This document shows positions 16,807 to 26,709 of a DNA stretch of 64,000 nt, in pieces. The stretch spans positions 1,114-65,113 of the forward strand of contig JBBIIC010000010.1 of assembly GCA_037446725.1 (NCBI GenBank), given 5' to 3'. Position 1 is the stretch's first letter, and every line of letters begins with the position of its first letter. Origin of the DNA: Actinomycetota bacterium (GTDB lineage Bacteria; Actinomycetota; Coriobacteriia; Anaerosomatales; SLCP01). Made by a program: the position numbers and the translations under genes. The notes beneath the pieces are model-generated. The model saw only the letters and a program-made list of their open reading frames with translations. It did not search any database and was not told the DNA's origin.

Positions 16807-18519
16807 CTACATCCGTTCCGGAGCGGTCACGCCGACGAGCCCGAGTACCGTCGCCAGAGCGATGCGCGTCGCATCGACCGCGTACAGGCGCGCGGCGGTC
16901 AGCTCCGGCTCGTCCGGGTCGACCACACGGCACTGCGTGTAGAACTGGTGGAACGACGCCGCGAGGTCCTCCGCGTAGCGCGTCAGCTTGTTGGGCGCGA
17001 GCTGGCGCGCGGCCACCTCCACCACGTCGGCGAGCTCCGCGAGCTTGCGCATGAGCGCGAGTTCGGTATCGCCGGACAGCAGGCCAAGCGGTGCGTCGTC
17101 GCGCACGAGGTCGGCGGCGGTTGCCGCGATGTCCACGCTCGTGTCGGCGGTGTGGGCGCCGGCCGCCTTGCGCAGGATCGCGCAGATGCGCGCATGCGCG
17201 TACTGCACGTAGTAGACAGGGTTGTCGCTCGACTGCTCCTTGGCGAGGGCGATGTCGAAGTCGAGCGCCTGGTCGGTCGAGCGGCGCAGGAAGAAGTAGC
17301 GCGCCGCGTCCGGGCCGACCTCGTCGAGCAGGTCTTCGAACGTCACCATCTCGCCCGTGCGCTTGCTCATCCGCACGACCTCGCCCCCGCGAAAGAGGTT
17401 CACGAGCTGGCCGATCACCACCGTGAGCTTGCCTTCGTGCCCGAGAGCGGCCACCGCGGCCTCCATCCGCTTCACGTAGCCGTGATGGTCCGCACCCCAG
17501 ATGTCGATGACCCGGTCGAAGCCGCGGTCGTACTTGTCGGCATGGTAGGCGATGTCGGCAGCGAAGTAGGTGTAGGACCCGTCGGCCTTACGCAGAACGC
17601 GGTCCTTGTCGTCACCGAACTCCGTCGAGCGGAACCACAGCGCACCCTCGTGCTCGTAGAGGTGGCCGGCTGCGGCGAGCCGGGCGAAGGCCCGCTCGAT
17701 GGCGCTCGGTGCGCCGTCGGGACCGGGCTCGTGCAGTGTGCGCTCGGAGAACCAGACATCGAAGTCCACGCCCATACCGTGCAGCACCTGATCGAGGTGT
17801 GCCAGCACCTGCACGTAGGCCTTCTCGCGGAAGTGGGCCTCACGCTTCGCGGGCTCGGCTTCGGCCCACACGTCACCCTCTGCCTCGTGGATCTCGCGCG
17901 CGATCTCGACGATGTACGCGCCCCGGTACCCCTCCTCGGGGAACTCGACCTCCCGGCCGCAGAGCTCCAGATAGCGCGCGGCGACCGAGCGGGCGAACAC
18001 GTCCATCTGCACACCCTGGTCGTTGATGTAGAACTCGCGCCGGACGTCCCAGCCCGCGTGGTCGAGCACGCGGGCCATGCTGTCGCCGAGTGCGGCCCAC
18101 CGGCCGTGACCCACGTGCATCGGGCCCACGGGGTTCGCCGAGACGAACTCGACCTGCACCTTGCGCCCGGCGCCCTCGTCGACGCAACCGAAGCCCGCGC
18201 CCGCCGTCCGCGCCTCGACGAGCACCCGCTGCAGAGCGTGGGCCGAGAGGCGCAGGTTGATGAAGCCCGGGCCGGCGACCTCGACCGCAGCCACGTCGTC
18301 GTGCCCGCTCATCCGCGCCGCGATCGCCTCGGCGAGCGCGCGCGGGTTCATCCCGGCCGCCTTGGCCGAGACCATAGCGACGTTGGTCGCCCAGTCGCCG
18401 TGCGCGGGGTCGCGCGGACGCTCGACCCGGACCTCCGGCGTCTCGGCGAGGCTCACCTCGCCAGCCTCGATGGCGGCGGCGAGCGCGTCACGTACGAGCG
18501 CGGCGGCGAGTTCTCTCAC
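16807..18519 (-). CDS. argS: Arginine--tRNA ligase
   Basis: 570 aa. Class I HVGH and MSKRTG (KMSKS-like) motifs. GTG start with GAGGAG 9 nt upstream. Confidence 0.95.
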   Translation of the reverse strand: MRELAAALVRDALAAAIEAGEVSLAETPEVRVERPRDPAHGDWATNVAMVSAKAAGMNPRALAEAIAARMSGHDDVAAVEVAGPGFINLRLSAHALQRVLVEARTAGAGFGCVDEGAGRKVQVEFVSANPVGPMHVGHGRWAALGDSMARVLDHAGWDVRREFYINDQGVQMDVFARSVAARYLELCGREVEFPEEGYRGAYIVEIAREIHEAEGDVWAEAEPAKREAHFREKAYVQVLAHLDQVLHGMGVDFDVWFSERTLHEPGPDGAPSAIERAFARLAAAGHLYEHEGALWFRSTEFGDDKDRVLRKADGSYTYFAADIAYHADKYDRGFDRVIDIWGADHHGYVKRMEAAVAALGHEGKLTVVIGQLVNLFRGGEVVRMSKRTGEMVTFEDLLDEVGPDAARYFFLRRSTDQALDFDIALAKEQSSDNPVYYVQYAHARICAILRKAAGAHTADTSVDIAATAADLVRDDAPLGLLSGDTELALMRKLAELADVVEVAARQLAPNKLTRYAEDLAASFHQFYTQCRVVDPDEPELTAARLYAVDATRIALATVLGLVGVTAPERM

Positions 18520-18556
18520 GGGTCAGGATCTCCTCGGCAGGTGAGCGAAACAGCAG

Positions 18557-18571
18557 GCTATCCAGGATAGC
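18557..18571. promoter_or_regulatory. AT-richer palindrome GCTATCC-A-GGATAGC upstream of argS
   Basis: Perfect 7-bp arms, 38-52 nt upstream of the argS GTG. Function unknown. Confidence 0.25.
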
Positions 18572-18642
18572 GCGCTGCCTCCCGAGCGGCAACGCACGCG
18601 GATGTGTCAGCTCGCCGCGGCGCGGGTGCGCCGAACGGTCCC

Positions 18643-19107
18643 CTACCGGTGGTACGGCTCCCCGCGCATGATGCGAAACGCCCGGTAGACCTGCTCGAGC
18701 AGCACCACCCGCGCGAGCTGGTGCGGCAGCGTCATCGGTCCGAGGCTCGTGCGGGCATCCGCGCGCGCCAGGACCTCCGGGGCGAGGCCGGCTGCTCCGC
18801 CGAGCACGAACGCCACGTGGCTGCGGCCTTCAAGCATGTGGCTCTGCAGCTCGGCCGAGAAGTCCTCGGAGGACAGCTGGCGCCCACCGATCTCAAGCGC
18901 GATCACGTGCGCACCGGCGGGCAGGGCGCCGAGCACGTCCGCGCCCTCCCCCGCGACCGCACGCGCTTCGTCACGCGTGACGTCACGGTCTGGGACCTCG
19001 ACGACCTCGACAATCGCGTACGGGCGCAGCCGCCTGAGGTACTCGGCCGCGGCGTCACGCCAGTGTGGCTCCTTCAGACGCCCCACCGCGATGAGCGTGA
19101 CCTTCAC
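18643..19107 (-). CDS. rlmH: 23S rRNA (pseudouridine1915-N3)-methyltransferase RlmH
   Basis: 154 aa. MKVTLIAVGRLKEPHWRDAAAEYLRRL and a SPOUT C-terminus (MTLPHQLARVVLLEQVYRA). GTGA overlap with the htrA stop. Confidence 0.9.
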   Translation of the reverse strand: MKVTLIAVGRLKEPHWRDAAAEYLRRLRPYAIVEVVEVPDRDVTRDEARAVAGEGADVLGALPAGAHVIALEIGGRQLSSEDFSAELQSHMLEGRSHVAFVLGGAAGLAPEVLARADARTSLGPMTLPHQLARVVLLEQVYRAFRIMRGEPYHR

Positions 19108-20477
19108 TGTCGATCGGCATCCGAGCCGAGGGTGACCTTAAGGTCGCGCTCGGTGTCGGCGCGCACCACTGTGATGTCGAGCACGTCGCCGACACTCGAG
19201 GAGCGCACGACGGCCACGAGGTCTTCGGCCCGGGTGATGTCCCGACCGCCGGCCGAAGTGACGATATCGCCGCGGCGGATGCCGGCGGCATCGGCGGGCG
19301 ACCCGGGCTCCACGAACTGCACGAGCGCTCCGGCCCTCACCGGCAGATCGAACTGGATCGCGAGGTTCTCATCGATGGTGATCGACTGCACGCCCATGTA
19401 CGGGTGGATGGCGCGGCCGGTCTCGATCAGCTGATCGGCGACGGTGGCCGCAAAGTCGACCGGAATGGCGAACCCGATGCCCGCCGACTGCGGCGTGCCG
19501 ACTGCGCCCGTCGGCGACTGGATGAGGGTGTTGATGCCGATGAGTCTGCCTTCGGCGTCGACGAGCGCGCCACCGGAGTTGCCCGGGTTGATGGCGGCAT
19601 CGGTCTGGATGAGGTTGGTGTACCGGGCGATGCCGAGCCCCTCGCCCTCGGGGGTGCGCTGCAGCGCCGAGATGATGCCGGCGGTCACCGTCTTCTCGAG
19701 TCCGAACGGGCTGCCGACCGCTACGACGAACTGGCCGACCTCGAGATCGGCTGAGGAACCGAATTTGATTGCGGGGTGGTCGGTACCCGGGACTCTGAGC
19801 ACGGCAAGGTCCGTGGAAGGATCGACGCCGGCCACCTCGGCTTCGACGTCCTGGACGCCGACGGTAACCACTATCCGGTCGGCATTCTCGATGACGTGGT
19901 AGTTCGTGAGAATGTAGCCGTCGTCGCGGATGATGACCCCGCTGCCGTTGCCCACCTCGCGCCACTCGACCGCACCGGTGAAGACGTTGCGGAACTGCTG
20001 TTCCACCGATACGTTGACGACCGAGGGCGTCACCTTCGAGGCCACGGCCACCGCAGCATTGACGTTCTCGTCCACGGTGATCCGCTGTTCACTCGGACGA
20101 GCGGATGACTCGGGCGACGAGGCGATCGGGCGCACGCCGGGAATGAGACCGAGAGCCCATACGATACCGGCCGCGACGAGCACGCCCCCGACGACGGAGC
20201 CCACGCCGGCCGCGGTCACGACCGCTGCACTCGACCAGCGCTTGACGAGCGCGGGCTCTTCGCACGGCTCCTCGCCGAGCGCGCCCGTGTACTCGCAGAC
20301 GGGCAGGGGGCCCTCCACGGTCACGTACGCGGCGTCAGGTTCCCGGGCATCGGAGGCGGTCGGCGAGGCGGGCGCCTCCGGCTGCACCGGCGGCCATGAG
20401 CCGGGGTCTGCGGGCTTGCCGACCGGCGTGCTGTCTGGCGTTACGTCGGGGGTGATGTCGGGGCGATCGGTGTCCAT
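19104..20477 (-). CDS. htrA: HtrA/DegP-family serine protease with PDZ domain
   Basis: Track ORF 19104..20537. TNYHV, DLAVL and GNSGGALVD catalytic motifs, and a C-terminal PDZ domain. I prefer the ATG at 20477 (MDTDRPD; GAGGAG upstream) because a TATACT -10-like box sits at 20513-20518, downstream of the tracked start. Confidence 0.88.
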   Translation of the reverse strand: MDTDRPDITPDVTPDSTPVGKPADPGSWPPVQPEAPASPTASDAREPDAAYVTVEGPLPVCEYTGALGEEPCEEPALVKRWSSAAVVTAAGVGSVVGGVLVAAGIVWALGLIPGVRPIASSPESSARPSEQRITVDENVNAAVAVASKVTPSVVNVSVEQQFRNVFTGAVEWREVGNGSGVIIRDDGYILTNYHVIENADRIVVTVGVQDVEAEVAGVDPSTDLAVLRVPGTDHPAIKFGSSADLEVGQFVVAVGSPFGLEKTVTAGIISALQRTPEGEGLGIARYTNLIQTDAAINPGNSGGALVDAEGRLIGINTLIQSPTGAVGTPQSAGIGFAIPVDFAATVADQLIETGRAIHPYMGVQSITIDENLAIQFDLPVRAGALVQFVEPGSPADAAGIRRGDIVTSAGGRDITRAEDLVAVVRSSSVGDVLDITVVRADTERDLKVTLGSDADRQ

Positions 20478-20512
20478 GTGCTCCTCGCTCGGCGGCAGGC
20501 TGGTCCGCCGAG

Positions 20513-20518
20513 AGTATA
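20513..20518 (-). promoter_or_regulatory. -10-like hexamer TATACT upstream of htrA
   Basis: AT-rich hexamer in GC-rich intergenic DNA, 35 nt upstream of the ATG at 20477. No convincing -35 element. Confidence 0.3.
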
Positions 20519-20596
20519 CCCCCGGCCCCTTCGCCACGGCCGCCCGGCACAGGCATCTCCATCACACCACCATCCGCAGGTCGTTGCGGCGAGTGG

Positions 20597-21985
20597 CTAC
20601 CCGAGAAGTGCCCCGATCCCGCGCAACAGCGGCGAGGCGCCGATGCCGATAGCGGCGACGGCAACCGCGAGCACCACGAGTGCGACCATCGCGGCAGGCT
20701 GCTCCGCGACCACCGGGCCCCCGCCTCGTGCGACCGGGCTCTCGCCGAAGAACATCTCGCGCACGATGCGGAAGTAGTAGCCCGCGGAGACCACGCTCGT
20801 CAGGATGCCGAGGACCACAAGGAGCCAGAGTGAACCGTCCACCGCTGCGCCGAAGAGGTAGAGCTTGCCGAAGAAGCCGGCGAGCGGCGGGATGCCTATG
20901 AGCGAGAGTAGCCACAGCACCATCGACCACGCGAGCCACGGCCGGCGGGTCGCGAGCTGGCCGAGGTCGGTGATCCCGGTCCCCTCCTCAGCGACCACAA
21001 GCATGACGGCCATCGACGGCACGGAGTAGGCCACCGCGTAGAAGACAGCGGCCGCGTACCCGATGTCGGTGCCGGGCGCGAGCGCCATGAGCAGGTAGCC
21101 CGTGTGCGCGACGCCGGAGTACGCCATTAGTCTGCGCAGCTCGCTCTGCGGCAGCGCCGCCAGGTTGCCGAGAACCATCGACGCCGCCGACGCGACCGCG
21201 AGCACGCCGACGAGCTCAGGCATCTCCGGTGCGATGGCCGCCATCAGCCGCGCGATCACGGTGATGCCGGCGATCTTGGGCACGGTCGAGACGAAGGCGA
21301 CCGACGACGGCAGCGCCCCGGCATAGGCGTCGGGCGCCCAGTAGTGAAACGGAGCGGCCGACATCTTCGCGAGCAGGCCCACGAGCGTGAGCAACACCGC
21401 CACCAGTCCGAGCGCACCTGAGCCCCCGAGTGTGATGTCGGCGAAGGCGGTGGAGCCCGAGATCCCGTAGAGGAACGACAGGCCGTAGAGCATCAGGATG
21501 CTCGTGAGCATCGCGAGCAGGAAGTACTTCAGCGCGCCCTCGAGGCCTTCGACATCACGGCGCCGGTAGCCCATGAGGACGTACGCGGGCATGGTCGAAA
21601 GCTCGAGCGCGATGTACATGACGATCAAGTCCTCGGCCATGCTCAACAGCATGCCGCCGGCCGCGGCGAACATCGCGAACGCCACCGCGTCGCGCCGGCG
21701 CTCGTCGGGCATGCCCCGGCCGGCGACCCAGAGCGCCCAGACCGCCGTCAGCCCGGCAACGCCGGCGCGCGCGAACCTCGCAATGCCGTCCGGCTCGACC
21801 AGGCCGAAGACCATCGGGGCGCCCGTGCCACCGAAGGCTACGAGCAGCGCGGCGAGCGCGGCGAGCGCGGCGGCGATGTAGGCGGCTCCCCGTCCGCGCC
21901 CCGGCATGAACTCGCCGAACAGCGCGACAAGCGCGCCGGCGACGACGAGTACCTCGGGGACGAAATGCCAGTAGCCGGAGAGCAT
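20597..21985 (-). CDS. nuoN: NADH-quinone oxidoreductase subunit N
   Basis: 462 aa polytopic antiporter-like subunit. Last gene of the nuo series. Confidence 0.9.
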   Translation of the reverse strand: MLSGYWHFVPEVLVVAGALVALFGEFMPGRGRGAAYIAAALAALAALLVAFGGTGAPMVFGLVEPDGIARFARAGVAGLTAVWALWVAGRGMPDERRRDAVAFAMFAAAGGMLLSMAEDLIVMYIALELSTMPAYVLMGYRRRDVEGLEGALKYFLLAMLTSILMLYGLSFLYGISGSTAFADITLGGSGALGLVAVLLTLVGLLAKMSAAPFHYWAPDAYAGALPSSVAFVSTVPKIAGITVIARLMAAIAPEMPELVGVLAVASAASMVLGNLAALPQSELRRLMAYSGVAHTGYLLMALAPGTDIGYAAAVFYAVAYSVPSMAVMLVVAEEGTGITDLGQLATRRPWLAWSMVLWLLSLIGIPPLAGFFGKLYLFGAAVDGSLWLLVVLGILTSVVSAGYYFRIVREMFFGESPVARGGGPVVAEQPAAMVALVVLAVAVAAIGIGASPLLRGIGALLG

Positions 21986-23455
21986 CTAGACGGCCCCCAT
22001 CGATGCAAGTAGCGCGTTGACCGCAGGATCGACGTAGCGAAGGATGCTCGACCAGTACACGCCCATGACGACGGTGATGACGACGAGCGGTATGAGGATG
22101 CCGATCTCCAGGCGTGTCAGGTCGGTGATGCCCTCGACCTCCTTGCTCTGGGTACCGAGCACCGTGCGCTGCACCATCCAGAGCATGTACGCCGCAGCGA
22201 GCAGCACTCCCACCGCCGCGGCGATCACCAAGCCGGACGGCACGAGCTCGGAGCGCCACGCCCCGACGAGGCTCAGGAACTCACCGACGAACCCGGCAAG
22301 ACCGGGCAGACCGAGTGAGGCGAACGACGCGAACGCGAGCATGCCCGCCGCGACAGGGGCCTGTTTGGAGAGCCCCGAGACGTCGGCGATCATGCGGGTG
22401 TGTGTGCGCTCGTAGACCATGCCGACCAGCAGGAAGAGCATGCCGGTGATCACGCCGTGCGCGAACATGATGGCAACAGCGCCGTTGAGTCCCTCGGGTG
22501 TAGCCGAGGCGATGCCGAGCATCACGAAGCCCATGTGGGAGACGGATGAGTAGGCGACGAGCTTCTTGAGGTCCGTCTGCGCGAACGCGACCGCCGCTCC
22601 GTAGACGATCGAGATCACGCCGAGGAGCGCGACGAACCATGCCCACGTGGCTGCGGCCTCCGGCAGCAGGGGCAGGCTCACGCGCACGAAGCCGTACGTC
22701 CCCATCTTGAGCAGGATGCCGGCGAGCAGGACCGAGCCGGCGGTCGGCGCCTCGACGTGTGCGTCAGGAAGCCAGGTGTGGAAGGGGAAGACCGGCACCT
22801 TGACCGCGAAGCCGAGGAAGAACGCGGCGAACGCCCACCACTGGAAGCCCGCGGGGAATCCCGAGCCGGCGAGCGCCATCATGTCGAACGTGCCCCCGGC
22901 CGGATGCAGGTAGAGCGCGAGGATGCCGACGAGCATGAACACCGAGCCGAACAGCGTGTAGAGGAAGAACTTGATCGCGGCGTACTCGCGCCGCGGGCCG
23001 CCCCACACGGCGATGAGGAAGTACATCGGGACGAGCACGAGCTCCCAGAACACGTAGAAGAGCACGAAGTCGAGCGCTACGAACACTCCGTTCATGCCGA
23101 CGGCGAGCAGCAGGATCATCGCGAAGTAGAAGGAGGGTCGCTCGGAGACCTTCCACGACGCGAGAATCGAGATGGGCAGCAGCAGCGCCGAGAGGAAGAG
23201 TAGCGGCAGGGAGATGCCGTCCACTCCCATGAAGTACTGGATACCGGCTTCGGGGATCCACCGGGCGCGCTCGACGAACTGCAGCCCGCCACCCGCGTCG
23301 AAGCTCGCGACGAGCCAGATCACGAGCGCGAGATCAATGAGCGAGACCACGAGCGCCACCATACGCGGCAACCCGGCACGGTCCTTCGGCAGGAAGGCCG
23401 TGATCGCCGCGCCGACGAGCGGCAGGAACACGATGGTCGTCAGGAGTGGCAACAT
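21986..23455 (-). CDS. nuoM: NADH-quinone oxidoreductase subunit M
   Basis: 489 aa antiporter-like subunit (WLPDAHVEAPTAGSVLLAG). Abuts nuoN. Confidence 0.92.
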   Translation of the reverse strand: MLPLLTTIVFLPLVGAAITAFLPKDRAGLPRMVALVVSLIDLALVIWLVASFDAGGGLQFVERARWIPEAGIQYFMGVDGISLPLLFLSALLLPISILASWKVSERPSFYFAMILLLAVGMNGVFVALDFVLFYVFWELVLVPMYFLIAVWGGPRREYAAIKFFLYTLFGSVFMLVGILALYLHPAGGTFDMMALAGSGFPAGFQWWAFAAFFLGFAVKVPVFPFHTWLPDAHVEAPTAGSVLLAGILLKMGTYGFVRVSLPLLPEAAATWAWFVALLGVISIVYGAAVAFAQTDLKKLVAYSSVSHMGFVMLGIASATPEGLNGAVAIMFAHGVITGMLFLLVGMVYERTHTRMIADVSGLSKQAPVAAGMLAFASFASLGLPGLAGFVGEFLSLVGAWRSELVPSGLVIAAAVGVLLAAAYMLWMVQRTVLGTQSKEVEGITDLTRLEIGILIPLVVITVVMGVYWSSILRYVDPAVNALLASMGAV

Positions 23456-23458
23456 CCC

Positions 23459-25366
23459 CTAGGCCCCTTTCACCACGATCCACAGCATGAAGAGCACGAG
23501 GGCTCCGAGCATGTAGCGCTGGTAGGTCTGGATTCGTCCCGCCTGGATGCGGCGCATGTTGGCGCCGGCGACGCGCGCGCCGCGCGCCGCTTCGTTGACG
23601 AGCCGGTCGATCACGCGCCCGTCGAAGGCCCACGAGACCTCGGTCACGCGCCGCCACAGCGCGGCAGCCCCGTTCACCACCCCGTCGACACGATCGCGGT
23701 CGAAGCGCGCGAGTGCCTCGGTAGCGAGCATGTAAGGGCGGATGACGAGGTAGTCGTAGGTGATGTCGAAGTAGAACCGCTGTTCGAGGACGGTGTATCC
23801 CTGGCCCGCCCGCTGCTTGAGCGAGCGCGTGTTGAGCACGAGGTGCCGGCGGCCGTACGCCCACCAGCCGAGCGTGAGACCGGCGAGCGCGACGACCGAC
23901 GAGCCGATGGCGATCGCCGGGTCCGGCCAGTGACCCTTGTGGCCGAGGAACTCGGAGAAGAACGGCGCACTGAACCCGATCACCGTCGTGATGGCGGCAA
24001 GCAGGGTCATCGGCGCGAGCATCTCGCCGTGGCCCTCCTCGAGATGGTCGTTCTGCTCGGGACCGGTGAAGACGCGGAACCAGAGTCGGGCAACGTAGAA
24101 GGCGGTGACGAACGCCGCGGCGAGCGCCACGAAGAACGTCACGTAGTGGCCGTGGCTCCATGCCGCGTAGAGGATCTCGTCTTTGGACCAGAAGCCCGAG
24201 AACGGGAAGATGCCGGCAAGCGCGAGCGCCCCGATGCCGAAGGTCACCGACGTCACCTTCATGTGCCGGGCGAGCCCGCCCATCTCCCGCATGTCCTGCG
24301 TATGTGCGGCGTGGATGATGACGCCCGCACCGAGGAACAGCAGCGACTTGAAGAACGCATGCGTCACGAGATGGAACATCCCAGCGATCGCCCCGCCCGC
24401 TCCGATCGCGAGGAACATGTAGCCGAGCTGGCTGATCGTCGAGTACGCGAGCACCTTCTTGACGTCGTGCTGCACGGCCGCCATGAGCCCGCCGAGCAGC
24501 GCGGTGAGCGCCCCGATGAACATCGTCACGGTGAGCGCCACGCCGCTCGCCTCGAAGATCGGTAGGGCCCGGCCCACGAGGTACACGCCGGCCGCAACCA
24601 TCGTGGCCGCGTGGATGAGCGCCGAGGCGGGCGTCGGGCCGGCCATCGCGTCGGGCAACCAGACATGCAGCGGCACCTGGGCCGACTTACCCATCGCGCC
24701 GAAGAGCAGCAGCAGCGCCACCGCTGTTGCAACGCCGGGCGCCCACGAGCCTGCCGAGCCGAGCACGGCGTCGAAGTCGAACGAGCCGACAGTCGCGTAC
24801 ATGACGGCAAGCCCGATCGCGAAGCCGACGTCACCGACCCGCGTGGTCAGGAACGCCTTCTGTGACGCCTTGCGGGGCGCCTCCTGCTCGTGCCAGAACC
24901 CGATGAGCAGGTACGAACACAGCCCCATGACCTCCCAGGCCATATACAGCATGAGGAAGTTGTCGGCGAGCACGAGCGCGAGCATCGCCGAGGTGAACAG
25001 CGTCAGCACGGCGAAGTACCAGCCCACCCGCTCGTCGCGATGCATGTAGCCGAGCGAGTAGACTTGGACGCACACGCCCACGATCGCCACGACGAGCAGC
25101 ATGATCGCCGCGACCGGGTCGAGCAACAGGCCGAGCGACAGATCGACCCCGCCCACCTGGGCGATCGGCCACGACGCGTGGTAGGCGGCCTCTCCCCCGT
25201 GGCCCCCGGGCCATACCGCGGCGAAAGCGGCGAGCGAGAGCAGCAGCGACGCGCCGACGCCGACGAGGCCGAGCCAGCGCACGCGGTTTCGGGCCGCGCG
25301 CGAGAGCGGGGCCATCAACGCGAAGACGAAGGCCGGGAGCAGCGGTATGAGTGCGACGTAAGCCAC
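23459..25366 (-). CDS. nuoL: NADH-quinone oxidoreductase subunit L
   Basis: 635 aa (WLPDAMAGPTPASALIHAATMVAAG) with the long C-terminal amphipathic extension typical of NuoL. Confidence 0.93.
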   Translation of the reverse strand: MAYVALIPLLPAFVFALMAPLSRAARNRVRWLGLVGVGASLLLSLAAFAAVWPGGHGGEAAYHASWPIAQVGGVDLSLGLLLDPVAAIMLLVVAIVGVCVQVYSLGYMHRDERVGWYFAVLTLFTSAMLALVLADNFLMLYMAWEVMGLCSYLLIGFWHEQEAPRKASQKAFLTTRVGDVGFAIGLAVMYATVGSFDFDAVLGSAGSWAPGVATAVALLLLFGAMGKSAQVPLHVWLPDAMAGPTPASALIHAATMVAAGVYLVGRALPIFEASGVALTVTMFIGALTALLGGLMAAVQHDVKKVLAYSTISQLGYMFLAIGAGGAIAGMFHLVTHAFFKSLLFLGAGVIIHAAHTQDMREMGGLARHMKVTSVTFGIGALALAGIFPFSGFWSKDEILYAAWSHGHYVTFFVALAAAFVTAFYVARLWFRVFTGPEQNDHLEEGHGEMLAPMTLLAAITTVIGFSAPFFSEFLGHKGHWPDPAIAIGSSVVALAGLTLGWWAYGRRHLVLNTRSLKQRAGQGYTVLEQRFYFDITYDYLVIRPYMLATEALARFDRDRVDGVVNGAAALWRRVTEVSWAFDGRVIDRLVNEAARGARVAGANMRRIQAGRIQTYQRYMLGALVLFMLWIVVKGA

Positions 25367-25367
25367 G

Positions 25368-25679
25368 CTACCCCTTCAGTGAATCGATCGAGGACAGTTC
25401 GACGGTGCGTGTGCGTCGGTAGATCGCGAGCACGAGCGCGAGTCCGAGCCCGATCTCGGCGGCCGACACCACCATCGTGAAGATCGCGAAGAACTGGCCG
25501 GTCATCTCGGTCGGGGTGACGAACCGGGATAGCGCGACCATGTTGAGGTTGACGGAGACCGCCATCAGCTCGAGCGACATCAGCACCATCACCGCGCTCT
25601 TGCGCGCAACGGCGCCGTAGAGCCCGAGGGTGAACAGCACCGCCGCCAGGCCGAGGAATGCCGAGGGCCCGACTTCCAT
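25368..25679 (-). CDS. nuoK: NADH-quinone oxidoreductase subunit K
   Basis: Track ORF 25368..25766 trimmed to the ATG at 25679 (MEVGPSAFLGLAAVLF...; 103 aa, 3 TM). TGATG overlap with the nuoJ stop. Confidence 0.9.
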   Translation of the reverse strand: MEVGPSAFLGLAAVLFTLGLYGAVARKSAVMVLMSLELMAVSVNLNMVALSRFVTPTEMTGQFFAIFTMVVSAAEIGLGLALVLAIYRRTRTVELSSIDSLKG

Positions 25680-26179
25680 CAGCGTCCCTCCTCCTTCGAC
25701 CACCATACCGCGCCGACGAGCGCGACCAGCAAGACGAGCGAGGCCACCTCGAACGGCAGCGCCCACTTCGTGAAGAGCAACTCGCCGAGAGCCGCGGTAT
25801 CCGGGACCGCAGCCGGCATCTCGACCACGCGGTCGCCGTACTGCGCGATCGCGACGTACATCACCACGCCGAACACGGCGGCCAGGATGCCACCGCCGAT
25901 CGAGACCTCGACGGGGCGTACCGAGTCCTCCCGGCGGCGCAGCGTCAACATGATGACAAAGAGCATGAGCACCGAGACGGCACCCGCGTACACGAGGATC
26001 TGCACGACGGCGAGGAACTCGGCGGACAGCAGCAGGTACAGCCCACCGACGGCTACCATCACCTCGAGCAGCCAGAACGCCGCGTGGATGATGTTGCGGG
26101 TCGTGAGCATACCGACCGCGCCTCCGATGGACGCGAACGCGAGGATGGTGAAGACGACGCCGTTGACGGTCTCGGTCAT
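25679..26179 (-). CDS. nuoJ: NADH-quinone oxidoreductase subunit J
   Basis: Track ORF 25679..26554 trimmed to the ATG at 26179 (MTETVNGVVFTILAFASIGGAVGML...; 166 aa). ATGA overlap with the nuoI stop. Confidence 0.88.
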   Translation of the reverse strand: MTETVNGVVFTILAFASIGGAVGMLTTRNIIHAAFWLLEVMVAVGGLYLLLSAEFLAVVQILVYAGAVSVLMLFVIMLTLRRREDSVRPVEVSIGGGILAAVFGVVMYVAIAQYGDRVVEMPAAVPDTAALGELLFTKWALPFEVASLVLLVALVGAVWWSKEEGR

Positions 26180-26709
26180 TCGGTCGCCTCCTCGGGCTCC
26201 TCGGCGGGCGCGGGCGCTTCGGGCGCGACGGAGTGCGCAGGCACCGTCGACTCCTCGGCGGGCTTCGCCTCGCGCGGCGGCGCGGCCGGGCGCTCGCGCT
26301 TGATCGGCGCCGCGTCGATGTCCGCGAGCAGGTCGATCGTCAGCTCGTCGGGCGAGAAGCGGGCAAGTTCGTAGTCGTGGTCCATCTCGATAGCCGCGAA
26401 CGGGCACGCCTCGACGCACAGGCCGCACATCATGCAGGCGCCGAGCTCGTAGGAGTAGCGCTCGATGTGCTTGGTCTTGTCCTCGCGTGTCGTCACCTCG
26501 AGCTCGAGGATGTGGTCGGGACACGCGCGGATGCATGCCATGCACGCGGTGCACTTCGGGGTACCGTCGTCGTGAAACGTCGGCACGACCGCCCAGCGCG
26601 CCCGCTCGGGAAGCTCGATCTTCTCGTACGGGTACTTCACGGTGATCGGCCCGCGCAGCATGTTGCGCATCGTGATGCGCATGCCGGTGAGGATGCCCTT
26701 ACCCCACAT
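26176..26709 (-). CDS. nuoI: NADH-quinone oxidoreductase subunit I (2x[4Fe-4S]) with acidic Pro/Ala/Glu-rich C-terminal tail
   Basis: Track ORF 26176..27339 trimmed to the ATG at 26709 (MWGKGILTGM...). CTACMACIRACP and CMMCGLCVEACP motifs. The tail reads PIKRERPAAPPREAKPAEESTVPAHSVAPEAPAPAEEPEEATE. Confidence 0.92.
   Translation of the reverse strand: MWGKGILTGMRITMRNMLRGPITVKYPYEKIELPERARWAVVPTFHDDGTPKCTACMACIRACPDHILELEVTTREDKTKHIERYSYELGACMMCGLCVEACPFAAIEMDHDYELARFSPDELTIDLLADIDAAPIKRERPAAPPREAKPAEESTVPAHSVAPEAPAPAEEPEEATE

Noticed and set aside
15289-18570. 1093-aa plus-strand ORF, the longest in the track
   Set aside because: It is antisense to lysA and argS, both of which have unmistakable family motifs and good RBSs. 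The translation is Arg/Ala/Gly/Asp/His-rich low-complexity sequence, typical of the stop-poor reverse frame of high-GC genes.
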